DNA of 64,000 bases. Source: an uncultured Candidatus Saccharibacteria bacterium (lineage in GTDB: Bacteria; Patescibacteriota; Minisyncoccia; Phycocordibacterales; JAKAEA01). Below the pieces are notes generated by a model. That model made no database searches, was not told where the DNA came from, and was given only the letters and a program-made list of their open reading frames with translations. The translations under genes were made by a program, and so were the position numbers. The DNA lies in the NCBI GenBank assembly GCA_964577595.1, contig CAZNZK010000005.1, positions 10,885 through 74,884 on the forward strand, given 5' to 3'. This document shows, one piece after another, positions 28,412 through 38,131 of the stretch; position 1 is the first letter of the stretch, and every line of letters starts with the position of its first letter.

Positions 28412-29647
28412 ATGAAAATTCTCATTCTTTCGGACGATTTTCCGCCGATGAGCTTCGGTGCCGGCGTGGTGGCCGCCAACCTGGCCGGCGAATATAAACG
28501 CCGCGGCGATGAGGTGATTGTTGTTACAACTGTTCGCGACAGTGCGCAGGGCGGCGTGGCAACATATGAAGGCATGAAAGTGCATCGTATCGTCACTTCT
28601 TACAATACTTTTTTTCAGGCGTACGTTGGCTTGTGGAACCCGGGGGTGGTGCGGCAAGTCAAAAAAATCCTGGCGGAATATAAGCCCGAAGTGGTGCATG
28701 CGCATAATTTGCATGGTTATCTTTCCTACATCTCGCTCGTGGAGGCCAAGCGTGCCGGCGCGCGGGTGATTGTGACTTGCCACGACGTTCTCTCTTTTCA
28801 TTATGGAAAATTCGTGGAATTTATTGACCGCTCCAGCACGGCTATTCCGCAGAGTTTTAATTACCGCATAAGCCCGTGGCGGCAACTGCGCGCATATCGT
28901 TTCCGCTACAATCCATTTCGCAATCTAATTATTAGAAGGATTTTTCGCAACCACGTTGATCACGTGGTGGCAGTGAGCAATACTTTGCAGGAGGCGATGC
29001 TGGCTAATGGTATTAAAAATGTCAGCGTTGTTCACAACGGCATTGACCCAGAGGCGTGGAAAGTTTCGGCCGAAGAATTGGCAGCGTTTAAAGATGCGCA
29101 CAACATTTCCAATCGCCGCATTGTGCTCTTTGGTGGCCGCTTGAGCGGGCCGAAAGGGGGAGCGGAAACTATTGCCGCCATGGAGCTTGTTTCAAAGGAA
29201 ATTTCCGATGCCACACTTCTGGTGGTGGGGCCAAAAGAGGGCTATGGGGAGACTATGGAAAAGCTGGCCACGCAAAAGGGTATTCACACCGTTTTTACGG
29301 GCGTTTTGGCTGGCCCAGGGCTTCACGCCGCCTATGCCGCCGCCGACGTGGTTTTGTTTCCTTCGGTGTGCTTTGATACCTTTGGAATGGTCAATATTGA
29401 GGGTATGAGCGCCCAAAAGCCGGTAGTAGCCACTTGCTTCGGGGGTGCCCCGGAAATCGTCCAGAATGGCGAAACGGGCTATATAGTGAACCCGTATAAC
29501 ATCGCCGATATGGCCGCCAAGATTAGCGCTCTTTTGGCCGACCCTGCCAAAGCGCGAAAAATGGGCGAGGCTGGTTACCAGCGAATGCTCGCCGCCTTTA
29601 CCCTCAAGCGCCAGGCCGATTCTTATTATGATTTATTTCATCACTAA
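28412..29647 (+). CDS. Glycosyltransferase family 4
   Basis: MKILILSDDFPP start and GT-B C-domain VNIEGMSAQKPVVATCFGGAPEIVQNGETGYIV. TTG alternative at 28382. Confidence 0.7.
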   Translation: MKILILSDDFPPMSFGAGVVAANLAGEYKRRGDEVIVVTTVRDSAQGGVATYEGMKVHRIVTSYNTFFQAYVGLWNPGVVRQVKKILAEYKPEVVHAHNLHGYLSYISLVEAKRAGARVIVTCHDVLSFHYGKFVEFIDRSSTAIPQSFNYRISPWRQLRAYRFRYNPFRNLIIRRIFRNHVDHVVAVSNTLQEAMLANGIKNVSVVHNGIDPEAWKVSAEELAAFKDAHNISNRRIVLFGGRLSGPKGGAETIAAMELVSKEISDATLLVVGPKEGYGETMEKLATQKGIHTVFTGVLAGPGLHAAYAAADVVLFPSVCFDTFGMVNIEGMSAQKPVVATCFGGAPEIVQNGETGYIVNPYNIADMAAKISALLADPAKARKMGEAGYQRMLAAFTLKRQADSYYDLFHH

Positions 29648-30677
29648 ATCCGGTCGCGATGCCGGCAGTTCCCGCCAGCGCGGTTTTCTCATGGCGGAAT
29701 TTTTGAACAAAGCCGGCTTTCCGGCCGAAGTAATTGCTCCACCAGAATATCTGGCTGGCACGACGCTTTTTCAAAAATGGGGGATGCAGTGGCGCTACAC
29801 GCGGAAAATTCTCTCCATCAAAAAAACCGACACGGTTGTTTTACAAAATATCATCAGAAATATTCGCCTTATTATGCTCGTGGCCGTGCTAAAAACCTTT
29901 CGCCATCCGCGCACTATTTTTGATATTGATGACGGCAGTTATATGCGCAACCCGTGGATTGTAAAAACACTCGTGGCTCTTTCCGACAAAATTGTGGTGG
30001 CCAGCCACCGCCTTGCGGAGTGGCCGGGTTTTCAAAAGAAGCCCATTCATATTATGCCCAACCCCGTGGATGCAGAGTTGGCCGCGCGTTTTTCCGCAAA
30101 AGAAAAAGGGGGCGAAAAAAACGGAGGCGACGTAGTCGTGGGCTGGATAGGTGGCGGTCCGGGAAGTATCCCTAATTTAAAATTGCTCGTGCCAATTTTT
30201 CAGCGCTTGGTGGCGCAAAAAATTTCATTTCGTTTTCGGTTTATTGGCACGCTCGGCAACGTGCGGGTTGAGGAATTATTTTCCTCCATCCCCGGCCTCA
30301 ACGCTGAACTGGTGGAAAAAATTGATTGGGCCAAGCTCGGTGAAATTCAGAAGGCTAATGCCGTTTTTGATATTGGTGTGTGCCCGCTAGTTGATAACGA
30401 AGAGAGCCGGGTGCGCTGTAGCCTAAAAGTGCTTGATTATATGGCTGCCGGCATCCCCGTGGTTATTTCGCCGATAGGGGAGAACAATTATTTTATTAAA
30501 AACGGCGAGCAAGGTTTTTTGCCCGCAACGTTAGATGAGTGGGCCGAAAAATTAACGTTGCTTATAAAAGACGCCGCGCTTCGCCAACGCCTCGGTGCGG
30601 CTGGCCAAAAACGCGTAGCCGAAAAATTCAGCTATCAAGCGCAAGTGCCTGGTTTCGCCAATTTTATTTTCCACTAG
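29628..30677 (+). CDS. Glycosyltransferase family 1
   Basis: LDYMAAGIPVVISPIGENNYFIKNGEQGF; overlaps upstream gene by 20 nt. Confidence 0.6.
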   Translation: MIYFITKSGRDAGSSRQRGFLMAEFLNKAGFPAEVIAPPEYLAGTTLFQKWGMQWRYTRKILSIKKTDTVVLQNIIRNIRLIMLVAVLKTFRHPRTIFDIDDGSYMRNPWIVKTLVALSDKIVVASHRLAEWPGFQKKPIHIMPNPVDAELAARFSAKEKGGEKNGGDVVVGWIGGGPGSIPNLKLLVPIFQRLVAQKISFRFRFIGTLGNVRVEELFSSIPGLNAELVEKIDWAKLGEIQKANAVFDIGVCPLVDNEESRVRCSLKVLDYMAAGIPVVISPIGENNYFIKNGEQGFLPATLDEWAEKLTLLIKDAALRQRLGAAGQKRVAEKFSYQAQVPGFANFIFH

Positions 30678-30678
30678 C

Positions 30679-31032
30679 ATGCGCGTTCAAAAGGAAATTG
30701 TCGGTATTGGTACCGATATTGTGGAAATTGAGCGCCTGCGCAATGCGCGGGAATTGAAGCGCGCCGCCGATTTCTTTTTCCTACCAAGCGAATTGCGCGA
30801 TATGAAAAAAAGCCGCAACCAAGCTGAGTTTGTGGCCTCCCGCCTAGCCGCCAAAGAAGCAGTCATTAAGGCCTATCCAGGAACAATTCATTATCACGAC
30901 ATCGCCATAACCAAACGCGGCAAAAAAATCATCGCAAAATTAGTTCGTCCCGCCGACAAAAAATTTACGGTTTTTGTCAGTATTGCTCATGAAAAAAAAT
31001 ATGCACTCGGCTATGCAATTTTATGTACGTAG
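30679..31032 (+). CDS. acpS: Holo-[acyl-carrier-protein] synthase (4'-phosphopantetheinyl transferase)
   Basis: IVGIGTDIVEIERL and LAAKEAVIKA motifs; 117 aa. Confidence 0.8.
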   Translation: MRVQKEIVGIGTDIVEIERLRNARELKRAADFFFLPSELRDMKKSRNQAEFVASRLAAKEAVIKAYPGTIHYHDIAITKRGKKIIAKLVRPADKKFTVFVSIAHEKKYALGYAILCT

Positions 31033-31121
31033 GCTTGCAGAATTAAGGGTTTTTAGCTGAAGCTGTTGTGGGTAAGTCATATGTTGTTTTTTGTTATCAG
31101 TAGTTGTATAGTCGACTATGA

Positions 31122-31430
31122 ATGTTGCATATGAATTCCTTTAATCAACAATCTCGCATACCCCGGTGGCTACGCATCACTGGAACTATCCTTGAGATGA
31201 TGCTCATCTATGTCGCATGCTTCCCGTTTTCTATCGGCGTGGCAATATTCTTAGCGTGGATTGGAGGCCAACGCGGAATCTATGTGTTTGGACTTGTTCC
31301 GTTACCCGGCTTTTTTCTTGGAGGCCCTCTTGTGATTGAGTGCCTGATTTTTATTTTTCATAAACCATCAAGACAATGGTTAAGAAAGCGTTTTTCTCGT
31401 GATCCACTACCACCTCTGTCGAGTACTTAA
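31122..31430 (+). CDS. Small hypothetical membrane protein
   Basis: Three TM helices; 102 aa. Confidence 0.35.
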   Translation: MLHMNSFNQQSRIPRWLRITGTILEMMLIYVACFPFSIGVAIFLAWIGGQRGIYVFGLVPLPGFFLGGPLVIECLIFIFHKPSRQWLRKRFSRDPLPPLSST

Positions 31431-31474
31431 TTTAGTACATTGTTATTCGTTCTAGAATTGAGTATTGTTTGCCC

Positions 31475-33154
31475 ATGAACGTCTTGGAATATCTTAAAAA
31501 AGCATCTGAACATAAGAAAAGTTCACTCATAGGTGCAGAAATGCGCATCGCTATCGTCAGTAATTTTACCGACGACATTTTGGAGAAAATTTTTGTGGGT
31601 ATGTGCCTCACGGAAAACATTCAGCCCGATATTTTTCGCGTGCCATTCAAACAGTATCTTTTTCAGTTACAAGATTCAACTTCCGCTTTGGCCAAACACA
31701 AGGCCCAGGCCACATTTGTCTTCTTTGACGTTAACCCCTATTTAGAATCGGAATTCACTTCTGATCTGAATCATATTGATGAAATAATCGCCGATTTGGA
31801 GCGTTTTGCCACAGCCAGTGCGGGAAGCGTAATCCTGCACACTATCGCTTTGCCCACCAGCCTCCAGCATGGCCGACTTTTCCGCGAGCATCCGCTCCAA
31901 GCCGCAATTAACCGCTACAATTCGGCGATTAAAAAGCTTGCCGAAAAATCTTCAAATGTTTTCATTATTGAAACCGAACGTTTGGTGGCCGCAATGGGGG
32001 AGAGCAAGGCTCGCGACATGCGCGGGCTTTATGCCTTTGGCCAGCCGTTTAGTCACGAATATCTGCTTCGTGTCGCGCAGGAATGGATGGCCTACGTGCG
32101 CTCGCTCGCCGGCAAAATCCGCAAATGCATCGTGGTTGATTTGGACAACACTCTTTGGGGCGGTATTGTGGGCGAGGTGGGGCCGCTTGAAATAAAACTT
32201 GGGCCCGATTACCCGGGCAATGCCTACCGCGAATTTCAGCGCGTTTTGTTGGACTATTATAACCACGGCATTATTTTGGCCGCCAATAGTCGCAACAATG
32301 CCGCCGACGTTGACGAAGTTTTTGAGAAAAATCCGTACATGATTTTGAAAAAGTCGCATTTTGCCGCTTTTCTCACGAATTGGAAAACCAAGCCGGAAAA
32401 TTTGCGCACTATTGCCGAAGACCTCAATATCGGCCTAGATAGTATCGTTTTTCTTGATGACGACCCCGTCAACCGCGACATGGTTAAAACGCAGTTGCCC
32501 GAAGTGCTGGTACCCGATTTTTCCCTGCCGCCGGAGGAATATGCACGCACCCTTTTAGATTTGGACGCTTTTCACACCCTCAAAATGACCACCGAGGATA
32601 AAGAGCGCGGCAAAATGTACGCCGCCGAGCGCGAGCGAAAGGTTGCTGAAAAGGAAACGCAAAATCCTGAGGAGTATATAAAAACCCTCAATATAAAGAT
32701 GGATTTTTCCTGTAACGACATTGCGCTCATTCCGCGCCTCGCCCAGCTCACCCAGAAAACCAATCAGTTTAACTTGACCACCTGCCGCTCCACCGAAGCC
32801 GAGCTTACCGAGTGGATTAAGAACGGCGCGCTCATTTACGCTGGCGATATTAAAGATAAATTTGGTCCGTATGGCATCACAGTTATGGCGGCCATTAAAC
32901 CGACGAGTAAAACTGAAGCCGACCTGGCCATTTTCCTGATGAGTTGCCGCGTCTTTGGCCGGAACATAGAATTTGATTTTATGAAAAAGATTTTGGCCGA
33001 CCTCAAAGAGCGTGGCTTCAAAAAGCTAACCACTCACTTCATTCCCACCGCCAAAAACGCGCCGTCAAAGGAGTTTCTTAAGACCGCAGGTTTCAAGGAA
33101 GTTGAGCGAAAAAATTCTGGTGAAGTTGTTTGTGAAATTAATGTAAAATCTTAG
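31475..33154 (+). CDS. FkbH-like HAD-IIIC family protein (phosphatase/acyl-carrier loading enzyme)
   Basis: IVVDLDNTLWGG, ANSRNN...FAAFLTNWKTKPENL and IVFLDDDPVNRDMV match the HAD-IIIC/FkbH signature (TIGR01681/01686-like); ~560 aa as in FkbH/OzmB-type proteins. ATG at 31475 (TTG at 31469). Confidence 0.7.
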   Translation: MNVLEYLKKASEHKKSSLIGAEMRIAIVSNFTDDILEKIFVGMCLTENIQPDIFRVPFKQYLFQLQDSTSALAKHKAQATFVFFDVNPYLESEFTSDLNHIDEIIADLERFATASAGSVILHTIALPTSLQHGRLFREHPLQAAINRYNSAIKKLAEKSSNVFIIETERLVAAMGESKARDMRGLYAFGQPFSHEYLLRVAQEWMAYVRSLAGKIRKCIVVDLDNTLWGGIVGEVGPLEIKLGPDYPGNAYREFQRVLLDYYNHGIILAANSRNNAADVDEVFEKNPYMILKKSHFAAFLTNWKTKPENLRTIAEDLNIGLDSIVFLDDDPVNRDMVKTQLPEVLVPDFSLPPEEYARTLLDLDAFHTLKMTTEDKERGKMYAAERERKVAEKETQNPEEYIKTLNIKMDFSCNDIALIPRLAQLTQKTNQFNLTTCRSTEAELTEWIKNGALIYAGDIKDKFGPYGITVMAAIKPTSKTEADLAIFLMSCRVFGRNIEFDFMKKILADLKERGFKKLTTHFIPTAKNAPSKEFLKTAGFKEVERKNSGEVVCEINVKS

Positions 33155-33659
33155 AATAGTTGAATTTCTTTAATTGACCCTCAATATCAGTATATTTTTT
33201 ACCGCAGAGCATCCCTCCGGCGATAAAATCTTCCTGGGTGACTTCCGCCAAAACCCATAATGGTGCGACAAATTTCTTCTTCTCTTTGTTGGATTTGAAT
33301 TCAACATCAATTAAAATCAGACCTTGTAAATCTCCCTGAAACACATCAATCTCGTACACATATCCGTTTTCTTTATAAAGATATCGATTTTTTACAACCC
33401 TTTTTCCTTTCAGCATACTCAATTCCTTAAACTCTTCTTTGGTAAGTGGTATTGTCATTTCCAGCTGATACGAAGAATCCCCGTTCTTAATCGGCTGTTT
33501 CTTAGTCATTTCATATTTTTCACCCGATCGTCTTATTCGCAATGTGGGGTGTTTCGCTGTTGAGGGGATGTATATGTCCAACATTGCTTTGAAAGGGGCG
33601 TCTTTCAGTTTTTGTACAACTTCTTTCTTTGCCAAATATGTCAGTTCAAATTCTTCCAT
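33138..33659 (-). CDS. CYTH-like domain protein
   Basis: N-terminal ExExxY pattern and a 173-aa length consistent with the CYTH fold; weak assignment. Confidence 0.4.
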   Translation of the reverse strand: MEEFELTYLAKKEVVQKLKDAPFKAMLDIYIPSTAKHPTLRIRRSGEKYEMTKKQPIKNGDSSYQLEMTIPLTKEEFKELSMLKGKRVVKNRYLYKENGYVYEIDVFQGDLQGLILIDVEFKSNKEKKKFVAPLWVLAEVTQEDFIAGGMLCGKKYTDIEGQLKKFNYSKILH

Positions 33660-33673
33660 AGAAAAAGCATATC

Positions 33674-34324
33674 TTAAATTAGTCGCTCCGTATAGCCCTG
33701 TGCGAGCAAGTATTCATAGGCGGCCCAAACGTCACTGGGAATACTCTGCTCTATTTGAAAGCCTTTCTTGGGATATTCTTTGATGCGTTGAAGATCGCCG
33801 ACCATGGTGTTGATTACGTTATTTTTGTCCCGGCCTTCTATTGGGTAGTCGTGAAATGAAATTTGTGGTGACGTTACCAAGAGCTCAACATCGGGCAACC
33901 ATACTTTACCAGTCGCATATGTTCTGCGTTCCATATATGGTTTCTGTACCAGAATCATTCTTTTAGGCTCAATGCCGTGTTCGTGCAGTTTCTTAATGGC
34001 AAATTCATAATTTTGACCTGTGTTTTGTGATTGATTTTCAATAATGAGCGCTTCTTTTGGCACGCCTATTTTTATGGCAATATTCGCAAACACTTCAGCC
34101 TCAGTACTTCCCGCAAATTGTTCTCGGCCGGGCTTGTGGTTGTGGATGGATCCGGAACCGGCACACAACAGTACCGGTGCCCAGCCGTCTAAATAGAGTT
34201 GGGCCGCACACTCAGCGACGCGCGTATCTCTGTTGCCTAAAACAAAAATGACATCAGACTTTTTCAGCTCGTGATGCATGAGCATGTAATCCCAAATTTT
34301 TTGTGCGGCGGTGTCAGTGGTCAT
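33674..34324 (-). CDS. DUF218/YdcF (ElyC-like) family protein
   Basis: VIFVLGNRD...LLCAGSGS...IIENQSQNTGQN conserved DUF218 core; ATGA overlap with the downstream hydrolase gene. Confidence 0.6.
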   Translation of the reverse strand: MTTDTAAQKIWDYMLMHHELKKSDVIFVLGNRDTRVAECAAQLYLDGWAPVLLCAGSGSIHNHKPGREQFAGSTEAEVFANIAIKIGVPKEALIIENQSQNTGQNYEFAIKKLHEHGIEPKRMILVQKPYMERRTYATGKVWLPDVELLVTSPQISFHDYPIEGRDKNNVINTMVGDLQRIKEYPKKGFQIEQSIPSDVWAAYEYLLAQGYTERLI

Positions 34325-34920
34325 AAGTTTTGTATATCCTCCACCAATTCCGGAAGGTGCGTTTGATTAAAGTGTCCGCGATCTGTAAAAACCCATTCTT
34401 TCGCAGAAGGGAGGGCGTGTTTGTATTTTTCTAGATTCGAAAACGGGACAACGTTGTCGTCTTTACTTTGATAGATGAAAATCTTTCCGCCTTGCTTCTC
34501 TAGGCCGGCAAGCGATTGGGGAAGGCTAAAATCGGCTAGCGTGTAATCAGTTCCGGAGGTATCAAACGGGGCCGCAATCAAGAAAGTGGCCCGTATCTTT
34601 TTTGGATAGGTATTTTCAGAAAAATATTTTGCCAGGAATATGCCGCCGAGGGAATGGCCCACAAACACGACTTCTTCGTCCAAAAAGGGAATGATTTTTT
34701 CAAACCATATTTTCCACTCGCTGTATTTCGCGTTAGCTTGGTTGGGCATTTTGGGGAGAACTACCCGGAACTCGCTACCTAGTTCCTGTTCAAGGTTTTC
34801 TTTCCAGCCCCTCCGCAACATTTTACTGAAATCAATAATAAACGATTTTAGCGACGCAATATATTCTGTATAGGTATTGAAGGTGTCGCCTCCGTGAATT
34901 ATTACTACTTGTTTTTTCAT
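34321..34920 (-). CDS. Alpha/beta-fold serine hydrolase (YdeN/RBBP9-like esterase)
   Basis: VVFVGHSLGG nucleophile elbow; ~200 aa. Confidence 0.6.
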   Translation of the reverse strand: MKKQVVIIHGGDTFNTYTEYIASLKSFIIDFSKMLRRGWKENLEQELGSEFRVVLPKMPNQANAKYSEWKIWFEKIIPFLDEEVVFVGHSLGGIFLAKYFSENTYPKKIRATFLIAAPFDTSGTDYTLADFSLPQSLAGLEKQGGKIFIYQSKDDNVVPFSNLEKYKHALPSAKEWVFTDRGHFNQTHLPELVEDIQNL

Positions 34921-34985
34921 GACCAAAATATAACACGTTTTTAAGGAACTATGCAGCTAATAATATTCAATGTTATAGTAGTTCT

Positions 34986-35222
34986 ATGAGCAAATTAACT
35001 CACATTTTCTCCTCGGTTTTGGGCGTAGATGAGGCAAAAGTGGTACCGGACATGGCGCCGGCAAATACAAGCTCGTGGGATTCATTGAATGCTATTATTT
35101 TGCTGACGGAAATTGAAAAGGCATTTGAGACGCGTTTTGAATATGAAGAGGCGATGAATATTAAGAATTTTGGCGATGTGTTGAAATTGGTGGCGGGGAA
35201 GGGGAAAGATCCGCAGGCTTAA
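34986..35222 (+). CDS. DltC-like acyl/peptidyl carrier protein
   Basis: 78 aa; SSWDSLNAIILLTEIEKAF with the DSL phosphopantetheine-attachment serine; resembles D-alanyl carrier proteins. Confidence 0.7.
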   Translation: MSKLTHIFSSVLGVDEAKVVPDMAPANTSSWDSLNAIILLTEIEKAFETRFEYEEAMNIKNFGDVLKLVAGKGKDPQA

Positions 35223-35296
35223 AAATATGCCTATCATTGGCCCAAAAATTGGTGACAGCACAGAATAGCGTGAAGATTCTGAAAATCTCATAAGAA

Positions 35297-36757
35297 ATGA
35301 AACACATCCATACTGACACGCTGATTATTGGTGCGGGGCCAGCCGGCCTGGCGGCGGCCATAAAATTAGCCGAGGCCGGTAAAGATTTCGTTATTATTGA
35401 AAAGAGTGATATGGTCGGCGGTTTGGCAAAAACTCGCACGTTTGTCGAGGGCGATGACGTTTTTCTAACCGATCAGGGTCCGCATCGTTTTTTTTCAAAA
35501 AATCCCGAGCTCTATCATTTCATTGAAGACCTCTTGCAGGAGCGTTGGATTAAGGTGAAGCGTTATACTCGCCAGTATATTGCCGGCAAGTTCTACGACT
35601 ATCCGCTCAAGCCGTTTCAGGCTTTAAAAAATATCGGCCCATGGAAGGCGGCCGGTATGCTCTACGATTACGCCGTGGCGACGGTACGCTACAAACTACT
35701 TGGCCGTCCACTCGCAACTTTTGCCGATTATGTGTATGCAAATTTTGGAAAATCGCTTGGTAAATTTTGCATGATAAATTACACCGAGAAAATTTGGGGA
35801 TTGCCCGCCGAAAAAATTCACCCTGACTGGGCATCCCAGCGTCTTAAGGGTCTCAGTGTTTATGGCCTTCTGAAAGACTTTTTAAGAATTTCGCGAAAAA
35901 AGGACGGCCCCAAATCGCTCATTGACACTTTTTATTATCCTGAACGGGGTGCTGGTGAGGTGTATGAAGCTATTCAAAAAAAGCTGGAGGCCCTTGGGTA
36001 TACAGTGCTAACAAAAACGCAACCAACAAAAATATTCCACGAGAATAATAAAATCACCGCTGCCCTCTGCCAGTCGCCCGAGGGCGAAATACGCTTCACA
36101 TTCAATCATCTTATAGAGTCGGTACCCATAAAAAATTTTGTTACTCTTTTTGAAAAAACGGCCGTACGTCACGTATCCGAAAGTATGCGAAATCTCTCGT
36201 ACCGCCACCAGGTATACCTATTCATAACGCTCAATAAGCCCAAGGTTACCGACGATCAGTGGATCTATTTCCCCGAAACACATATTCCGATAGGTCGGAT
36301 GAGTGAGATGAAAAATTTTAGCCAAGCTATGGCTCCAGCCGATAAAACTTCTCTTTTTTTGGAATTTTTTTGCTCAACCAATGATGCTGTTTGGAAGATG
36401 GGCCCAACTGAGGTTTTTGAACTGGCCGTTCCCTGGCTTGAGCAAATGGGGTTTGTTACCCGCACGGAAGTGAGGCGCTCATATGTTTTCAAAGAAGAGA
36501 ATGTGTATCCAGTATACGACCTGGGTTATAAGAAACACCTGGAAGAAATTAAGAATTTTTTAAACAAATTTAACAATCTCTTATATGTCGGCCGACCGGG
36601 CCGTTTTAAGTATAATAATCAGGACCATTCTCTGGAAATGGGTTTCTTGGCGGCCCAAAGTATTATTGATGGGCATCCTTACGACATTGAAGCGGTTGGT
36701 GAGGATAAAAAACATTATGAGTCGGGAACAATATATGACAAAAGAACAACGCATTGA
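35297..36757 (+). CDS. FAD-dependent oxidoreductase (amine-oxidase-like fold)
   Basis: LIIGAGPAGLAAAIKLAEAGKDFVIIEKSDMVGGLA dinucleotide-binding motif. Confidence 0.6.
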   Translation: MKHIHTDTLIIGAGPAGLAAAIKLAEAGKDFVIIEKSDMVGGLAKTRTFVEGDDVFLTDQGPHRFFSKNPELYHFIEDLLQERWIKVKRYTRQYIAGKFYDYPLKPFQALKNIGPWKAAGMLYDYAVATVRYKLLGRPLATFADYVYANFGKSLGKFCMINYTEKIWGLPAEKIHPDWASQRLKGLSVYGLLKDFLRISRKKDGPKSLIDTFYYPERGAGEVYEAIQKKLEALGYTVLTKTQPTKIFHENNKITAALCQSPEGEIRFTFNHLIESVPIKNFVTLFEKTAVRHVSESMRNLSYRHQVYLFITLNKPKVTDDQWIYFPETHIPIGRMSEMKNFSQAMAPADKTSLFLEFFCSTNDAVWKMGPTEVFELAVPWLEQMGFVTRTEVRRSYVFKEENVYPVYDLGYKKHLEEIKNFLNKFNNLLYVGRPGRFKYNNQDHSLEMGFLAAQSIIDGHPYDIEAVGEDKKHYESGTIYDKRTTH

Positions 36758-38093
36758 GTTTTGGTATGGCGCGGCTATTGTAGTGCTCGCATGTGTCTAT
36801 ATTTTCTGCTGGTTCTGTACAATCTATCTTGCTACCGGCCGAGAACAGCAACAAAGCGGTAGCGGTTTACTTGTCTTGGAAGTCAATGGCGACAGCCGCC
36901 AATACGTGGCCTTGGCCCACTCGCTCCTCACGAGCCATACATTTCCTGCGACCAACCACTCGCCAACACCGTTCGTGCCGGAAACATTCCGTGTACCGGG
37001 GTACCCTCTTTTTGTTGCCATTTTCTCATTATTTGGAAAAGTTTTTTTTGTCACCACTCTCGTCCAAATCATCCTGGCTTTCTGTACGGCTTTTTTAATA
37101 CGTCGATTGGGTTGTTTTTTCTTTTCCGACACTGTTGGTTGTGTCGCCGCTGTTCTCTTTCTTCTTGACCCTACAACCCTACTTCTCTCGCTTGCACTAT
37201 TGTCTGACATGTTATTTGTATTTCTGTTCATTGCTGGCTTCTATTTGCTTGTCAGTAGACTCCATAAAAAACCGCTTTTGGTAACAGTATCTGCTGGCCT
37301 CATTTTTTCCTACGCGGTGTGTGTGCGGCCGGTTGGCTTATTTGCCTTACCGATTTTTTTCGCGCCAGTGTTTATAAGCAAGGCTTCTTTGCGGCATAAA
37401 ATATATTCCGCTATAGGCATATTGGTCATTATTACTGCTGCTGTCGCGCCATGGATGTGGCGCAACTATAAAGAAGCTGGCGCGTTCACGTTCAGTTCTC
37501 TTCCTGCCTACAACATTGCCAAATACAATATTCCAATTTTTCTGGCAACACGGGGAGTAACGGCCGAAGAGAGCCGGGCTCTTGTTGAAAAAAAATCTGG
37601 CGTTTCTCCTGATCGTTGGCGCGATGTGGAAGCGTCGGCGGCTCTTAATAAGGCATCAAGGAACATTCTCGGGCATCAATTGCTTTCCTATGTGGTTTTT
37701 CATATAGAAGGCTCCGTTATCGCCAGCCTCTCTTCCTCGTTAAATACATTCATCAGTACCTATAACACTATTGTTCCAATTTCCATCGATACATCTCCCA
37801 TAAAACTTTCTGATCTTTTAATCAGCTGGAAACAAAGCGTGTTTATTTTTGGCCACTTTTGGTGGCGTTTTGTCGAGGGGTTTATGTGGGCAGGCGCATT
37901 TGCCTGCGCTGGGGTAGCCTTTTGGATACATCGTCGATATCTCTTTTCGTGGGCGTTTGTTCTTATCGTCGTATATATCTTATTACTTATTGGTCCGGTT
38001 GTTGATGTGCGCTATCGCACGCCCGCTGTCCCTTTCATATTCCTTATGGCGGTCGCGGGTGCCGGCTGGCTTAGGAAACGTTTGTTCGATTGA
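36717..38093 (+). CDS. GT-C family membrane glycosyltransferase (ArnT/PMT, COG1807-like)
   Basis: N-terminal D..Y...A...PGYPLF loop pattern of GT39/83 enzymes; ~11 TM. Start 36717 or 36735; the ORF-track extension to 36585 overlaps the previous gene. Confidence 0.5.
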   Translation: MSREQYMTKEQRIEFWYGAAIVVLACVYIFCWFCTIYLATGREQQQSGSGLLVLEVNGDSRQYVALAHSLLTSHTFPATNHSPTPFVPETFRVPGYPLFVAIFSLFGKVFFVTTLVQIILAFCTAFLIRRLGCFFFSDTVGCVAAVLFLLDPTTLLLSLALLSDMLFVFLFIAGFYLLVSRLHKKPLLVTVSAGLIFSYAVCVRPVGLFALPIFFAPVFISKASLRHKIYSAIGILVIITAAVAPWMWRNYKEAGAFTFSSLPAYNIAKYNIPIFLATRGVTAEESRALVEKKSGVSPDRWRDVEASAALNKASRNILGHQLLSYVVFHIEGSVIASLSSSLNTFISTYNTIVPISIDTSPIKLSDLLISWKQSVFIFGHFWWRFVEGFMWAGAFACAGVAFWIHRRYLFSWAFVLIVVYILLLIGPVVDVRYRTPAVPFIFLMAVAGAGWLRKRLFD

Positions 38094-38131
38094 TTTCTCT
38101 CATAAAAAAGTGTTTAATGGAGGTGCTTTGT

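Noticed and set aside
36585-36716. Upstream extension of the GT-C ORF
   Set aside because: It overlaps the 3' end of the FAD oxidoreductase gene by >170 nt. The internal ATG at 36717/36735, just before the first TM helix, is more plausible.
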